In this document: one piece after another, positions 38,194 to 46,963 of the stretch
How positions within the stretch are numbered: the first letter of the stretch is position 1
Layout: each line of letters starts with the position of its first letter
DNA from: Akkermansia sp.
GTDB lineage: Bacteria; Verrucomicrobiota; Verrucomicrobiia; Verrucomicrobiales; Akkermansiaceae
Direction: 5' to 3'
DNA: 64,000 bases
NCBI GenBank assembly: GCA_045637025.1
Contig: JAZTYM010000001.1
Location: forward strand, 7,998 to 71,997
Made by a program: the position numbers and the translations under genes
The notes under the pieces: generated by a model
Told to the model about the DNA's origin: nothing
The model's input: the letters and a program-made list of their open reading frames with translations, nothing else
Databases searched by the model: none

Positions 38194-39135
38194 ATGCCCA
38201 CCCGCTTAGAAGATGCCGAAGATGCGCTTGTGCTCCGCTTTTTGGAGTACATGGAGGGGGAGCGCAATGCCTCCCCCCGCACGCTTGAGGCGTATGAACG
38301 CTCGCTTCGGCAGTTTCGCGAGTGGATGAACCGGCGCTTTAGCAGCTGGTTTGCGTGCGGTGAATCGGATTTCCGTGCGTGGTTGTACGAGGTTCTGGAG
38401 CAGCAGCTCAAGCCAGCATCTATTCGCCTTCGCTTTGCGGCTTTGCGTTCGCTGTATACCTATATGTTGCAGAGGGAGGGGCTTGGCTCCAACCCGTTGG
38501 CTGAGGTGGTGTTGCCCAAAGCTCGCCATAGCTTGCCGGTGCATTTGAGCTTGCGGCAGATGGAAGAACTCCTCTCACTCCCGCTGCGCACTCCTGTAGA
38601 CAAAAAAAGCCCGATTTGGTTGCCCTTTCGCGATGCTGCTATATTGGAGCTATTTTATTCGAGCGGCATGCGCTTGAGCGAGTTGGTGAGCCTGAATGCG
38701 GATGCGGTGCAGCAGACTGATTGTGTGCGGGTTCTGGGCAAGGGGCGCAAGGTGCGTCTGGTGCCGATAGGTGACTACGCCAAGGAGGCCTTGGCCCGCT
38801 ACCTTGAACTGCGTTGTCCAGAGCCGGGGGCTCCCTTGTTTATCAGCCGCTTGGGAAGGCGCATGACCGGGCGCAGCGTGCAGCTCATGCTCGATAAGTA
38901 CCTGCGCTTGTCGGACATACCATTTCACATCTCACCGCATAAGTTGCGACACACCTTTGCTACGCATTTGTTGGATGCGGGGGCCGATTTGCGCGCCGTG
39001 CAGGAGTTGTTGGGCCACAGCTCACTTTCGACCACGCAAATCTATACACATGTGACGAAGAGCCGCATGAAAGCGGCCTACATGCAAGCACACCCGCGTG
39101 CGGGCGATATCAGTGACGCTGCAGATAATCTTTGA
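38194..39135 (+). CDS. Tyrosine recombinase, XerC/XerD type
   Basis: 313 aa. The N-terminal SAM-like domain contains RTLEAYERSLRQF. Catalytic blocks are ARLVPIG-like GKGRKVRLVPIG and HKLRHTFATHLLDAGADLRAVQELLGHSSLSTTQIYTHV. Confidence 0.88.
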   Translation: MPTRLEDAEDALVLRFLEYMEGERNASPRTLEAYERSLRQFREWMNRRFSSWFACGESDFRAWLYEVLEQQLKPASIRLRFAALRSLYTYMLQREGLGSNPLAEVVLPKARHSLPVHLSLRQMEELLSLPLRTPVDKKSPIWLPFRDAAILELFYSSGMRLSELVSLNADAVQQTDCVRVLGKGRKVRLVPIGDYAKEALARYLELRCPEPGAPLFISRLGRRMTGRSVQLMLDKYLRLSDIPFHISPHKLRHTFATHLLDAGADLRAVQELLGHSSLSTTQIYTHVTKSRMKAAYMQAHPRAGDISDAADNL

Positions 39136-39985
39136 TACCGTACACCGGGAAAAGCAGACTGTTGCGCTCAAAGCTGCGCAAATCGCGCAGGGCTTTTTCT
39201 TCGCTGCCGAACAATTGCTCAATGCTCAGCGCCTGTTCTGCGGGGATGCCCAGTTTTTGCTGCAAAACGAACAGGAGACAGCGCACGGAGGGTAAGCGGT
39301 TGCGCGGGTTGGCGTAGAGCTCTTTGCCCACTTCCCACGCCTCCTTTTCTCGCCCGCGTATGCGGCAGAGGTTGTAGAAATATTGCCTGTGGTAGATTTG
39401 CGGTGCACCCAGCTGGGCGGCTTTTTTATAAGCCTCCGCTGCCAGAGCGAAGCGAGGCCTGCGGTATAAATCGCTGTACAAATCGCCCAGCTGGGCATAG
39501 AGTAGGGCATTGTCGGGGTTGTGTTGTAGCGCGTCTTTTAGGAATTGCTCCCCGCGGTTGATGTAATGCCGGGTGAGAGTGGCGCGCTCATGAATCCCCA
39601 GTCGCTTGTCGTTGGACACATCTGACGCCGCGTTGGTGGCCATATCGCGGGCGGCAGAAATCCAGTAATTGACGCGCTGCGGGTTGAGCGTGGTGATAAA
39701 TTCCCAGCGATCTTGCAGGCGGCGCCAATCCCTATCAATCCACGCAGAGGTGGCGTCAAGCGTCAAGATTTCCGCGGCAAGGGAGCGCAGTCCGCCCAAG
39801 GAGAAGAAGGCAAGCTGCTGCGCGAGGGCGTCTTTGCGGTTCAAGTTGGTTGGGGGGTGCAGCAGACCAATGCTCAACTCATGTTGTTTGAGGGCTCTGC
39901 TGGGTAGATGCAACAGCAAGCCGCCCGCTGCAAGAGCAATGACTGCTCCTGCATAGCGCAAACTCATCTGCCAGCGCCCCATCAT
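39110..39985 (-). CDS. Membrane-anchored TPR-like hypothetical protein
   Basis: 291 aa. An N-terminal TM helix (YAGAVIALAAGGLLL) is followed by helical-repeat-like sequence (ALLYAQLGDLYSDLYRRPRFALAAEAYKKAAQLG). Its 3' end overlaps xer by 26 nt in convergent orientation. Confidence 0.6.
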   Translation of the reverse strand: MMGRWQMSLRYAGAVIALAAGGLLLHLPSRALKQHELSIGLLHPPTNLNRKDALAQQLAFFSLGGLRSLAAEILTLDATSAWIDRDWRRLQDRWEFITTLNPQRVNYWISAARDMATNAASDVSNDKRLGIHERATLTRHYINRGEQFLKDALQHNPDNALLYAQLGDLYSDLYRRPRFALAAEAYKKAAQLGAPQIYHRQYFYNLCRIRGREKEAWEVGKELYANPRNRLPSVRCLLFVLQQKLGIPAEQALSIEQLFGSEEKALRDLRSFERNSLLFPVYGIKDYLQRH

Positions 39986-40902
39986 TTGCTGCCTTGGATT
40001 CTCTGCTGGATATCTCGGTTCAGTTGCTCCCAGTAGGGCACAGCCATGCCCGCTTCGTGTGCGCGCTGCAAGGGAATGCCCCAGATGGCATCGTATTCGA
40101 CGGGGCGTCCGCGTAGGTAATCCACCGCGCTGCTGGGTATGAAATCACCCATGAGGCTGGTGCGCTCCATTTGGGAGTTGACGATATCAAGGGGCAGGGG
40201 GTAGCCGCGTTTTTGTGCTACCGCGCACACCTCGTTCATGATGTGGCGCGCGCGCTCGGCCTCACCGGGCATTTGGAAAAGTTGACGTACGCTGATACCG
40301 CCATGTGCCAAGCAGAGACCATTGAAGGGGATATTCCACGAGAGCTTGCACCACAAGATTTTTTCCGCCTCGGCAAATGCCATGGTGGTGATACCCGCCT
40401 GTGCAAACATATCGGCGTATTGTTGTGCTTGCACCAGCCCTTCTTGGGTGTTGACAAAGGGGGCAAATTGGATGTCGCCCCCCTCCAGATGGCGGATGAT
40501 GCCTGGGGTGTCCATCATGCAGCATACAAAGCACAGCCCAATGTGGATGCGCTCCGGTGCTACGAAAGCTGATAAGGCTTCTGCATTGCCCATGCCATTT
40601 TGCAGGGTGATGATGCGCGTACCCTCATGCAGCAGCGGGGAAAGATGCTCGGCCAGCAGGTGGTTGGAAATCGCCTTCCAACTCACGATGACCAAATCGA
40701 CGGACCCGCATTCTTGCGTGCTGCGGTATATCTCTGGCTTCTTGATGTGCATGTCGCCCCCTACGCTTTCCACGATGAGCCCCTTCTGCTGCACGGACTC
40801 GTAGGCGGAGCGCAGGATGAATGCCACGTTTTCACCCGCTTGTGCAAGCTTGGCCCCGTAGTAGCAACCCAAGGCGCCAGCTCCCAAAATAGCTATTCTC
40901 AT
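39982..40902 (-). CDS. panE: 2-dehydropantoate 2-reductase (ketopantoate reductase)
   Basis: ORF-track ORF 39982..40956 is trimmed to ATG 40902 (MRIAILGAGALGCYYGAKLAQAG, a Rossmann motif). The predicted promoter at 40910-40938 lies inside the longer version. An ATGA overlap links it to the downstream TPR-like gene. Confidence 0.8.
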   Translation of the reverse strand: MRIAILGAGALGCYYGAKLAQAGENVAFILRSAYESVQQKGLIVESVGGDMHIKKPEIYRSTQECGSVDLVIVSWKAISNHLLAEHLSPLLHEGTRIITLQNGMGNAEALSAFVAPERIHIGLCFVCCMMDTPGIIRHLEGGDIQFAPFVNTQEGLVQAQQYADMFAQAGITTMAFAEAEKILWCKLSWNIPFNGLCLAHGGISVRQLFQMPGEAERARHIMNEVCAVAQKRGYPLPLDIVNSQMERTSLMGDFIPSSAVDYLRGRPVEYDAIWGIPLQRAHEAGMAVPYWEQLNRDIQQRIQGSK

Positions 40903-40909
40903 GCGCCCG

Positions 40910-40938
40910 ACTTTAGCGCAAAATGCACATTTTTGCAA
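40910..40938 (-). promoter_or_regulatory. Sigma70-like promoter of panE, leaderless geometry
   Basis: The minus strand reads TTGCAA, a 17-nt spacer, then TAAAGT. A 7-nt gap separates it from ATG 40902. Confidence 0.45.
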
Positions 40939-41059
40939 TAAAAAACGGAAACGCACACACTTTAGCCTTGATATGTGTGATGGAAAGCATTATTAAATAA
41001 GCACTTCACTTAATTTCGGGCGGGCCGGCTTGCCTGCTCTACAAATCACAAGCACCAAG

Positions 41060-41251
41060 ATGGGTCAACAACATCGTAAGGAAACGAAGCGCCGCCGCCG
41101 CAGCGCTTATATCAAGCGTCAGAAGGAAATCGCCAAGAACAGCCTCAATGCTGTTCCCGTGCAGCTTGCAACCAAGGTCGTCAAGGCTGAAGCTGAGCCG
41201 GCCAAGAAGGCTCCTGCCAAGAAGAAGGCAGCTCCTAAGGCTGAAGCCTGA
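41060..41251 (+). CDS. Small highly basic protein with a Lys/Ala/Pro-rich tail
   Basis: ORF 41030..41251 is trimmed to ATG 41060. The 63-aa product is MGQQHRKETKRRRRSAYIKRQKEIAKNSLNAVPVQLATKVVKAEAEPAKKAPAKKKAAPKAEA. A strong terminator follows. Confidence 0.45.
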   Translation: MGQQHRKETKRRRRSAYIKRQKEIAKNSLNAVPVQLATKVVKAEAEPAKKAPAKKKAAPKAEA

Positions 41252-41271
41252 TTTCCAATCAAAAAGACTTG

Positions 41272-41305
41272 AAAAAAGGCACACCTGCAAGGGTGTGCCT
41301 TTTTG
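41272..41305. terminator. Bidirectional rho-independent terminator (small basic protein gene / topB-BASS operon)
   Basis: It reads AAAAAA-GGCACACC-tgcaa-GGGTGTGCC-TTTTT, so a U-run follows the stem on both strands. Confidence 0.7.
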
Positions 41306-41376
41306 CGTGTAGTGATAGATAAGTGGTGCTGGCGGCACTCGGCTATTGGAGACACGCTCCATGCGTATGCGGTGCG

Positions 41377-42360
41377 TTATCTGACGAGCTTGCGGGGACT
41401 CCACAATTTGGCTAAGTGCGCACAGGTCATGAGCTGCACTTGGTGGAAAATCATCAGGGGGAGCAAGAGGTTGTTGGATTCTTCTCCGAAGATGGCTATC
41501 ATCATGGGAGCCCCCACAGCTAGGCTCTTTTTGGAGCCACAAAAGACGATGGCAATGCAATCTTCGCGGGAGAAACCTAACCATTTGCTGCTAAAATAAG
41601 TGCAGGCGTGCACGATGAAGAGCAGCACGAGACAGGCAAACACCAAGCCCGCTAAGTGTGTGGCGGACAGTTGGGTCCAGTAGCCTTGAGCTGTGGCTCC
41701 TGAAAAGGAGGTGTAGACGACCAGCCAGATGGTGCCTTGGTCGTTCCAGCGGATGAGTTCCTTGTGTCGGTGCACCCAGCGGCGCAGCCAGCGTTGGGTC
41801 ATTTGGCCCAACATGAAGGGTAGCAGGATTTGGTAGCTGATTTTGATGATGGTGTCCACCCCAATATCTGCTTGGGTGGTGGCATCGGTGCTAAACAGCA
41901 GGCTGACGAGCATGGGGGTGAGAAAAACACCCAGTAAGCTGGATACAGAGGCTGAACAAACTGCCGCTGGCACATTGCCCGCGGCCACAGAGGTGAACGC
42001 GATGCTGCTCTGGACGGTGGATGGCAGGCACGCGACGTAGAGCAGCCCGAGGTAAAGGGATGCACCCACCAGCGGCTCAAAGGCAGGGCGAAGCAGCGGG
42101 ATAATCAGCGGGAAAAAGACAAAGGTGAAAAAGAACACCATGCTTTGCAGCCGCCAGTTGAGCAGCCCCTCTAGCACCGAGGCGCGAGAGAGCTTGGCGC
42201 CATACAGAAAGAAAAGGAGAAAAATGGCAGCATTGGTGAGCCCGCCAAAGGCTTCGGCCACCCAGCCGGTGCAGGGGAGCAGTAGCCCCAGCACCACGCT
42301 GATGACGATGCCTGTGGTGAACCGGTCTGGCGAGAAGCGGATGTGGCGCAGAAAACCCAT
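41377..42360 (-). CDS. Bile acid:sodium symporter (BASS) family transporter
   Basis: 327 aa and multi-TM. The layout resembles YfeH/BASS proteins (IFLLFFLYGAKLS, SSIAFTSVAAGNV). Its ATG directly abuts the topB stop. Confidence 0.8.
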   Translation of the reverse strand: MGFLRHIRFSPDRFTTGIVISVVLGLLLPCTGWVAEAFGGLTNAAIFLLFFLYGAKLSRASVLEGLLNWRLQSMVFFFTFVFFPLIIPLLRPAFEPLVGASLYLGLLYVACLPSTVQSSIAFTSVAAGNVPAAVCSASVSSLLGVFLTPMLVSLLFSTDATTQADIGVDTIIKISYQILLPFMLGQMTQRWLRRWVHRHKELIRWNDQGTIWLVVYTSFSGATAQGYWTQLSATHLAGLVFACLVLLFIVHACTYFSSKWLGFSREDCIAIVFCGSKKSLAVGAPMMIAIFGEESNNLLLPLMIFHQVQLMTCAHLAKLWSPRKLVR

Positions 42361-45228
42361 TTATTTGCGCGGGGGAAATTCGTAGCCCACTTTACCAGTG
42401 CTGGGAGTGAAGGTGAGGTAGGCCTCAAAGTTCTTACCCGTTTTGTGGCTGGTGAAGTTTTTAATTAGTTCGGTCTTCCCCTTGGTGAGGAGTTGAGCGA
42501 CGACGGGCGCTTCCAGATTGACACCACACATGATGTGGGGGATGACAAGCGGTCTGCGGCCCTTGCCGTAGACGACACCGTCCACATGCCAAGCGTTTTC
42601 GGTTTCGAGTAGCTCGTGTTCGCCCTTGCCCTTGACCTTGATGGTGCCATGACGGCGTGCTTGGCTCAAATCTTCCTGCGTGGCATCTGCCGCGGTAAAC
42701 TTGCGTTCGGCTGCCTTGGCTGCATCATCTTTCTTGCGGGGTTCTCTGGGGGGGAACTCAAAGGTCACGTTGCCTTTGGCCTCATCCATCACCAAAAAGG
42801 CGTCAAATTTCTTGTGCGTGCGCTGGGAGATGAAGCCAGATATGAGTTCGGTCTTCCCTTGGGTGAGCACTTGGTGCAGGTGATTTGTTTCCAGCGCTCG
42901 GCCCAAGATGACTTTGGCCATGGTGAAGCCTTTTTTGCCACTTTTGCGGGCGAAATCGGGCACCATCCACTGTTTGCTTGTCTCTTGAAGTTCCAGCTCG
43001 CCTTGGTTGGCAACAGGGGTTAATCCGAGGGACGTGGCGCTTTCAGGTGCAGCTTCGGTGGTGTTTTTCTTTTCGTCGTCGAAGAAGAAATCAGTCTTCC
43101 AGTTGCCCTTATCCGTGGCGGGGGGGACAAGGCGCAAACCTGCCTTAAAGGGCTTGCCGAACTTGGAGCGGAAGCCATCCATGACGGGTAATTCCTTGTT
43201 GCTGATGAGTTCTTTGATTTGCTCATCCGTCAGGCTCAATCCAGCATGCACACGGCGTACGCGGAAACGGCATTGCGGGCAGGCGATGGCATCGAGTCGG
43301 CTGGTGAGCCCCTGTGTGCCACAGGCAGGGCAGGCTTCCACCAAATCCGGGTTTTTGCCATTTTTCATGTAATCTTGCACCGATTCCACAATCTCTGCGG
43401 TATAGGTGCGGATATCCTTCATGAAGGAGTCGCGCTCCAGTTTACCGGCCTCCATTTGCTTGAGGCGGTATTCCCATTCGCCGGTGAGCTCAGGGCTAGA
43501 GAGGGTGCTCAGTCCAATCTTGCTCAGCAAGTCAATCAAATCCATGCCGCGGCGGGTCGCTACCAAGTCTTTGCCATCGCGGGCAATGTATTCCTGAGTG
43601 ATGAGCCCCTCGATGATGGAGGCTCGTGTGGCGGGCGTACCCAAGCCGCGTTCCTTCATTGCGTAGGAGAGCTCTTCATCCTCCACCAGCTTGCCCGCGG
43701 TTTCCATGGCGGTCAGCAGGGTGGCTTCGGAGTATGCAGAGGGGGCTTTGGTGCGGTCGGTGATGGATTCTGCCGCCGTGTTGGTGACCTTTTCGCCCTT
43801 GTTTACCTTGCACAGCTCGTCCTTTTTGCGGGACATGTTGCTATAGAGCGCGCGCCAACCCGCTTTGAGCTGGATTCGCCCATGGGTGTAGAACGCATCT
43901 GTGGCGTGGGGTGTTTTGATGATGGTGGTGCGCTCCGTGTCTTCAAACTCAGCATTGGGCATGAACACGCCCAAGAAGCGCTGCACCACCAAGGTGAAGA
44001 TTTTGGCGGCATCTCCGCTCAAGTTGGCTACCTTGCCCGTGGGGATAATGGCGAAGTGATCGCTCACTTTGCTGCTGTCGAACACGCGCTTGCTGGGGCG
44101 TATTCCCCCGTGGTTCAAAATATCTTCTGCAAAGGCGGCGTACTCGGGTAGCGCGGCTTTCAAATCTGCCACGGTGCGGGTTGCAACCTTCAGGTAATCA
44201 TTGGGCAGGAACTTGGAGTCCGTACGCGGGTAGGTGAGCACCTTGTGCTTTTCGTAGCACTCTTGGGCCAAGTGCAGCGTGCGGCTGGCAGAGAAGCCAA
44301 AGCGGTTGCTGGCCTCTTTTTGCAGGGAGGTCAGGTCGAACAAGAGGGGCGGCGGCATGGACACGGGCTTGCGCACTTCCGTCACCTCGGCGGGTTGTCC
44401 CTTGCAGCGCGCGGCGATGGCCTCTGCTGCCGCGGCATCCCAAATGCGTTCTTTGGTGTGGTGGGGGGCTTGTTCGTTCTTTTTCCACTTGGGGTCGAAC
44501 CAGCGCGCTTCGTAGCTGCCGGCTTCGGCGGCAAAGGTAGCTCTTACTTCATAATAAGTCTCAGGTTCAAACGCCAGGATTTCTTTTTGCCGGGCGGCCA
44601 GCAAAGCGAGCGTGGGGGTTTGCACGCGGCCTGTCGGGGTGATGTTGAATCCACCACCGGCAGATTGCAGCACGGTGAGGGCTCGGGTGCTGTTGAGTCC
44701 CACCAGCCAGTCGGATTCGGAGCGGCATACGGCGGCATCTGCCAAGTTGGCCATGGCGGCATCGCTCTTGAGGGTATCCCATGCTTCCAAAATGGCATCA
44801 TCTGTCATGCTCTGCATCCACAGACGGCGCAAAGGCTTGCGGATTTTGCCATAGCGGATGATGTTGCGGAAAATGAGTTCGCCTTCTCGCCCAGCATCGC
44901 ATGCGTTGACCAAATCTGTCACCTCTTTGCTGCGCGCCAGTTTCAGCACCTTGCGCAAGCGGTCTGCCGATTTGGTGATGGGTTCCAGCTCCATGGTGCT
45001 CGGCATGACGGGCAAGTATTCCATCTTCCATGGCAGGCTCTTGCCATCTTCTGTTTGCGGCTTTTTCTGTTCTACTAAGTGGCCAACTGCCGAGGTGATG
45101 ATGGCTTTGTCGTTTTCGTAACTTCCTGTAGCCGAATCTTTTTTGAATTTGCCCAACTTTTTGCCCAGCACGCGTGCAAGGTCGCTCGCTACACTCGGTT
45201 TCTCTGCTATGATGAGGGTCTTGGCCAT
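42361..45228 (-). CDS. topB: DNA topoisomerase III with zinc ribbon and duplicated C-terminal repeats
   Basis: 955 aa. The Toprim start is MAKTLIIAEKPSVASDLA and a type IA core follows. The zinc ribbon is CPACG...CPQC. Two roughly 45-aa repeats are present: GKTELISGFISQRTHKKFDAFLV..FEFPPRE and GKTELIKNFTSHKTGKNFEAYLT..YEFPPRK. Confidence 0.92.
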   Translation of the reverse strand: MAKTLIIAEKPSVASDLARVLGKKLGKFKKDSATGSYENDKAIITSAVGHLVEQKKPQTEDGKSLPWKMEYLPVMPSTMELEPITKSADRLRKVLKLARSKEVTDLVNACDAGREGELIFRNIIRYGKIRKPLRRLWMQSMTDDAILEAWDTLKSDAAMANLADAAVCRSESDWLVGLNSTRALTVLQSAGGGFNITPTGRVQTPTLALLAARQKEILAFEPETYYEVRATFAAEAGSYEARWFDPKWKKNEQAPHHTKERIWDAAAAEAIAARCKGQPAEVTEVRKPVSMPPPLLFDLTSLQKEASNRFGFSASRTLHLAQECYEKHKVLTYPRTDSKFLPNDYLKVATRTVADLKAALPEYAAFAEDILNHGGIRPSKRVFDSSKVSDHFAIIPTGKVANLSGDAAKIFTLVVQRFLGVFMPNAEFEDTERTTIIKTPHATDAFYTHGRIQLKAGWRALYSNMSRKKDELCKVNKGEKVTNTAAESITDRTKAPSAYSEATLLTAMETAGKLVEDEELSYAMKERGLGTPATRASIIEGLITQEYIARDGKDLVATRRGMDLIDLLSKIGLSTLSSPELTGEWEYRLKQMEAGKLERDSFMKDIRTYTAEIVESVQDYMKNGKNPDLVEACPACGTQGLTSRLDAIACPQCRFRVRRVHAGLSLTDEQIKELISNKELPVMDGFRSKFGKPFKAGLRLVPPATDKGNWKTDFFFDDEKKNTTEAAPESATSLGLTPVANQGELELQETSKQWMVPDFARKSGKKGFTMAKVILGRALETNHLHQVLTQGKTELISGFISQRTHKKFDAFLVMDEAKGNVTFEFPPREPRKKDDAAKAAERKFTAADATQEDLSQARRHGTIKVKGKGEHELLETENAWHVDGVVYGKGRRPLVIPHIMCGVNLEAPVVAQLLTKGKTELIKNFTSHKTGKNFEAYLTFTPSTGKVGYEFPPRK

Positions 45229-45598
45229 GTGAAAATTGGATGAAAATTTGCCCGGAGACTAGTCTTGGAGCGCTCCGCTTGTCTCTATAGATGCCCGAAA
45301 AAGATTCTTTTTGTCAAGATTAAAATGCGGCATTGGTGGCTTTGGTCGATAGATTTTTTTTATGAGGATGGGGAGGGTGCACCAGATGCGGCGGGTGCAG
45401 AATGGATGACAGCGCGGCGTTTCTATGCTTATTTTCATATTGGCAAGAGCCGCGGGTGAGGAATAATTGCCTACACGTGTTTTGAGCGCGTAGCCAACCT
45501 CCCATCTGTGAGCCGAGCGGCCTGACCCCGTATGGGTAATCTCTGATTGCCGATTTGCCACATTCTACCAATATTTACACATAGAAAGAATAGATACA

Positions 45599-46513
45599 AT
45601 GTCCGCTATCGAACAGAACTACCAAATTAAGTACACGGAAAAATGGGGTTCCTACTTGCAGCAGGAGGCTTCTCGCTTGGATAAGTATGTGAGCGTGGAA
45701 AACGGCTTGAGTGGCAAGATGGTCACCTTTGATCAGTATGGCTTGCTCGCCTTCGAGGAGAAGGTGTCCCGCATGGGGCAGACTGTGCTGGCCGAGGCTC
45801 CCACATACCGCCGCGTCATGTACCCGCACATTTACACCAAGGCCATCGGCTTTGATGAGTTTGATGCCAAGAAGTTGGCCAACATTGATGTGCCCGTGAG
45901 CAAGACGATTGAGGGCTTGCGCGCCGCCGCAGGTCGCAGCATGGACAAGGTGATGCTTGATGCCTTCTTGGGTGAGAACTACACCGGCGAGAATGGTACC
46001 GTGGCGGTACCGTTTAGCGAGAATCAGGTCGTGGAGAGCGATTATGTGGATTCCGGAAGCGCAACGAGCAGCAACCTCACCGTGGCAAAGCTGCGCAAGG
46101 CTCTTGCCATGCTGCATAAGGCTGAGGCTTGGAGTGATGAACGCCGCGCCTATGGCGATGAGTTGGTGCTGGCTTGTACCAGCAGCCAGATTGATTCTCT
46201 GCTCCGAGAACCGCAGGTGTCTAGCTACGACTACAACACAGTGCGCGCCTTGGCTGAGGGTAAGATTGATACCTTCCTCGGCTTCCGCATTATCCGCACC
46301 GAGTTGTTGCCGCTGGATGACGAGACGGGTGAGCGTTCCTGCCTGGCATGGGTCAAGAGCAAGGCTCAATTCGGCATTTGGGATGATTTCAAGGTCAAAA
46401 TCTCCGTGCGAGACGACTTGGATGAAGCCTTGCAGATACGCGCCAAGTTTGCCTGCGGTGCCACGCGCTTGCAGGAGGAGGCGTTTGTGAAGATTCAGTG
46501 CAGCGAGAGCTGA
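45599..46513 (+). CDS. Phage major capsid protein, T7 gp10-like family (orphan)
   Basis: 304 aa. By-eye alignment to remembered T7 gp10 gives SGKMVTFDQYG vs SGKSAQFPVLG and TKAIGFDEFDA vs TADVLIYDIED. It also gives IDVPVSKTIEGLRAAAGRSMDKVML vs YDVRSEYTSQLGESLAMAADGAVL. The C-terminus KFACGATRLQEEAFVKI matches KYAMGHGGLRPEAAGAVVFKV. The antisense 320-aa ORF has L/H/A/G-rich antisense-type composition. Confidence 0.65.
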   Translation: MSAIEQNYQIKYTEKWGSYLQQEASRLDKYVSVENGLSGKMVTFDQYGLLAFEEKVSRMGQTVLAEAPTYRRVMYPHIYTKAIGFDEFDAKKLANIDVPVSKTIEGLRAAAGRSMDKVMLDAFLGENYTGENGTVAVPFSENQVVESDYVDSGSATSSNLTVAKLRKALAMLHKAEAWSDERRAYGDELVLACTSSQIDSLLREPQVSSYDYNTVRALAEGKIDTFLGFRIIRTELLPLDDETGERSCLAWVKSKAQFGIWDDFKVKISVRDDLDEALQIRAKFACGATRLQEEAFVKIQCSES

Positions 46514-46544
46514 TACGTTGGAAAAATTAATATTCATAGTCTAA

Positions 46545-46583
46545 GCGGCACCCTAGCGCTACATCCCCGAGCTGGGGTGCCGC
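46545..46583 (+). other. Structured hairpin between the capsid-like and holin-like genes
   Basis: GCGGCACCC at 46545-46553 pairs with GGGTGCCGC at 46575-46583. The 21-nt loop contains the palindrome TAGCGCTA and an alternative CCCC/GGGG pairing. No U-run follows. Confidence 0.5.
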
Positions 46584-46599
46584 ATTCCTGTGAGAGAAG

Positions 46600-46899
46600 A
46601 TGACAAATCCCCTGGTGACGAGTACGATTGTGGTGGCCAATGCCTTGGCCGTGGTCAGCATGGCAACAACAGAGCTTAATCCTCTTTTGGAATACGTGCA
46701 AAATGGGGCATCTGTGGCGGCTGTGATGGGCATGTTCCTGTGGCGAGAAATGAAACGCGCTGAACGCTACGAACAACTCTATGATCATGAACGCAAATTG
46801 CGTATAGAAGCTGCCAATAAATGCCTGGGGTGTCCCCTCTTGCGGCGAGGGGTGCCAGAAATCGATGAGCCGCCACAGTCGGCCTCCAAATCTGATTGA
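46600..46899 (+). CDS. Small two-TM protein with a charged tail (holin-like)
   Basis: 99 aa. Two hydrophobic segments (STIVVANALAVVSMA, GASVAAVMGMFLW) precede a charged tail (REMKRAERYEQLYDHERKLRIEAANK). It follows the capsid gene after a structured hairpin. Confidence 0.4.
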   Translation: MTNPLVTSTIVVANALAVVSMATTELNPLLEYVQNGASVAAVMGMFLWREMKRAERYEQLYDHERKLRIEAANKCLGCPLLRRGVPEIDEPPQSASKSD

Positions 46900-46928
46900 G
46901 GGTGGCAAGCGTTTGACAAAATCGTAGC

Positions 46929-46957
46929 TTGCCAAGGACGCGCCTGTGGTGTAGGAT
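46929..46957 (+). promoter_or_regulatory. Sigma70-like promoter of ruvA, leaderless geometry
   Basis: It reads TTGCCA, a 17-nt spacer, then TAGGAT. A 6-nt gap separates it from ATG 46964. Confidence 0.45.
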
Positions 46958-46963
46958 GCTTGC

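Noticed and set aside
38194-39135. Tyrosine recombinase as a marker of an integrated mobile element
   Set aside because: It has full XerC/XerD-like architecture and sits at the end of an envelope-biogenesis operon. It has no flanking direct repeats, tRNA, cargo genes or composition shift. A housekeeping chromosome-dimer resolvase is the simpler reading.
45259-45571. Minus-strand ORFs of 100 aa and 83 aa, and a plus-strand ORF of 64 aa, in the gap upstream of the capsid-like gene
   Set aside because: The frames overlap one another and the translations are implausible (H/P/R/C-rich). They have no start context or promoter. I treat the region as non-coding, although a small regulator cannot be fully excluded.
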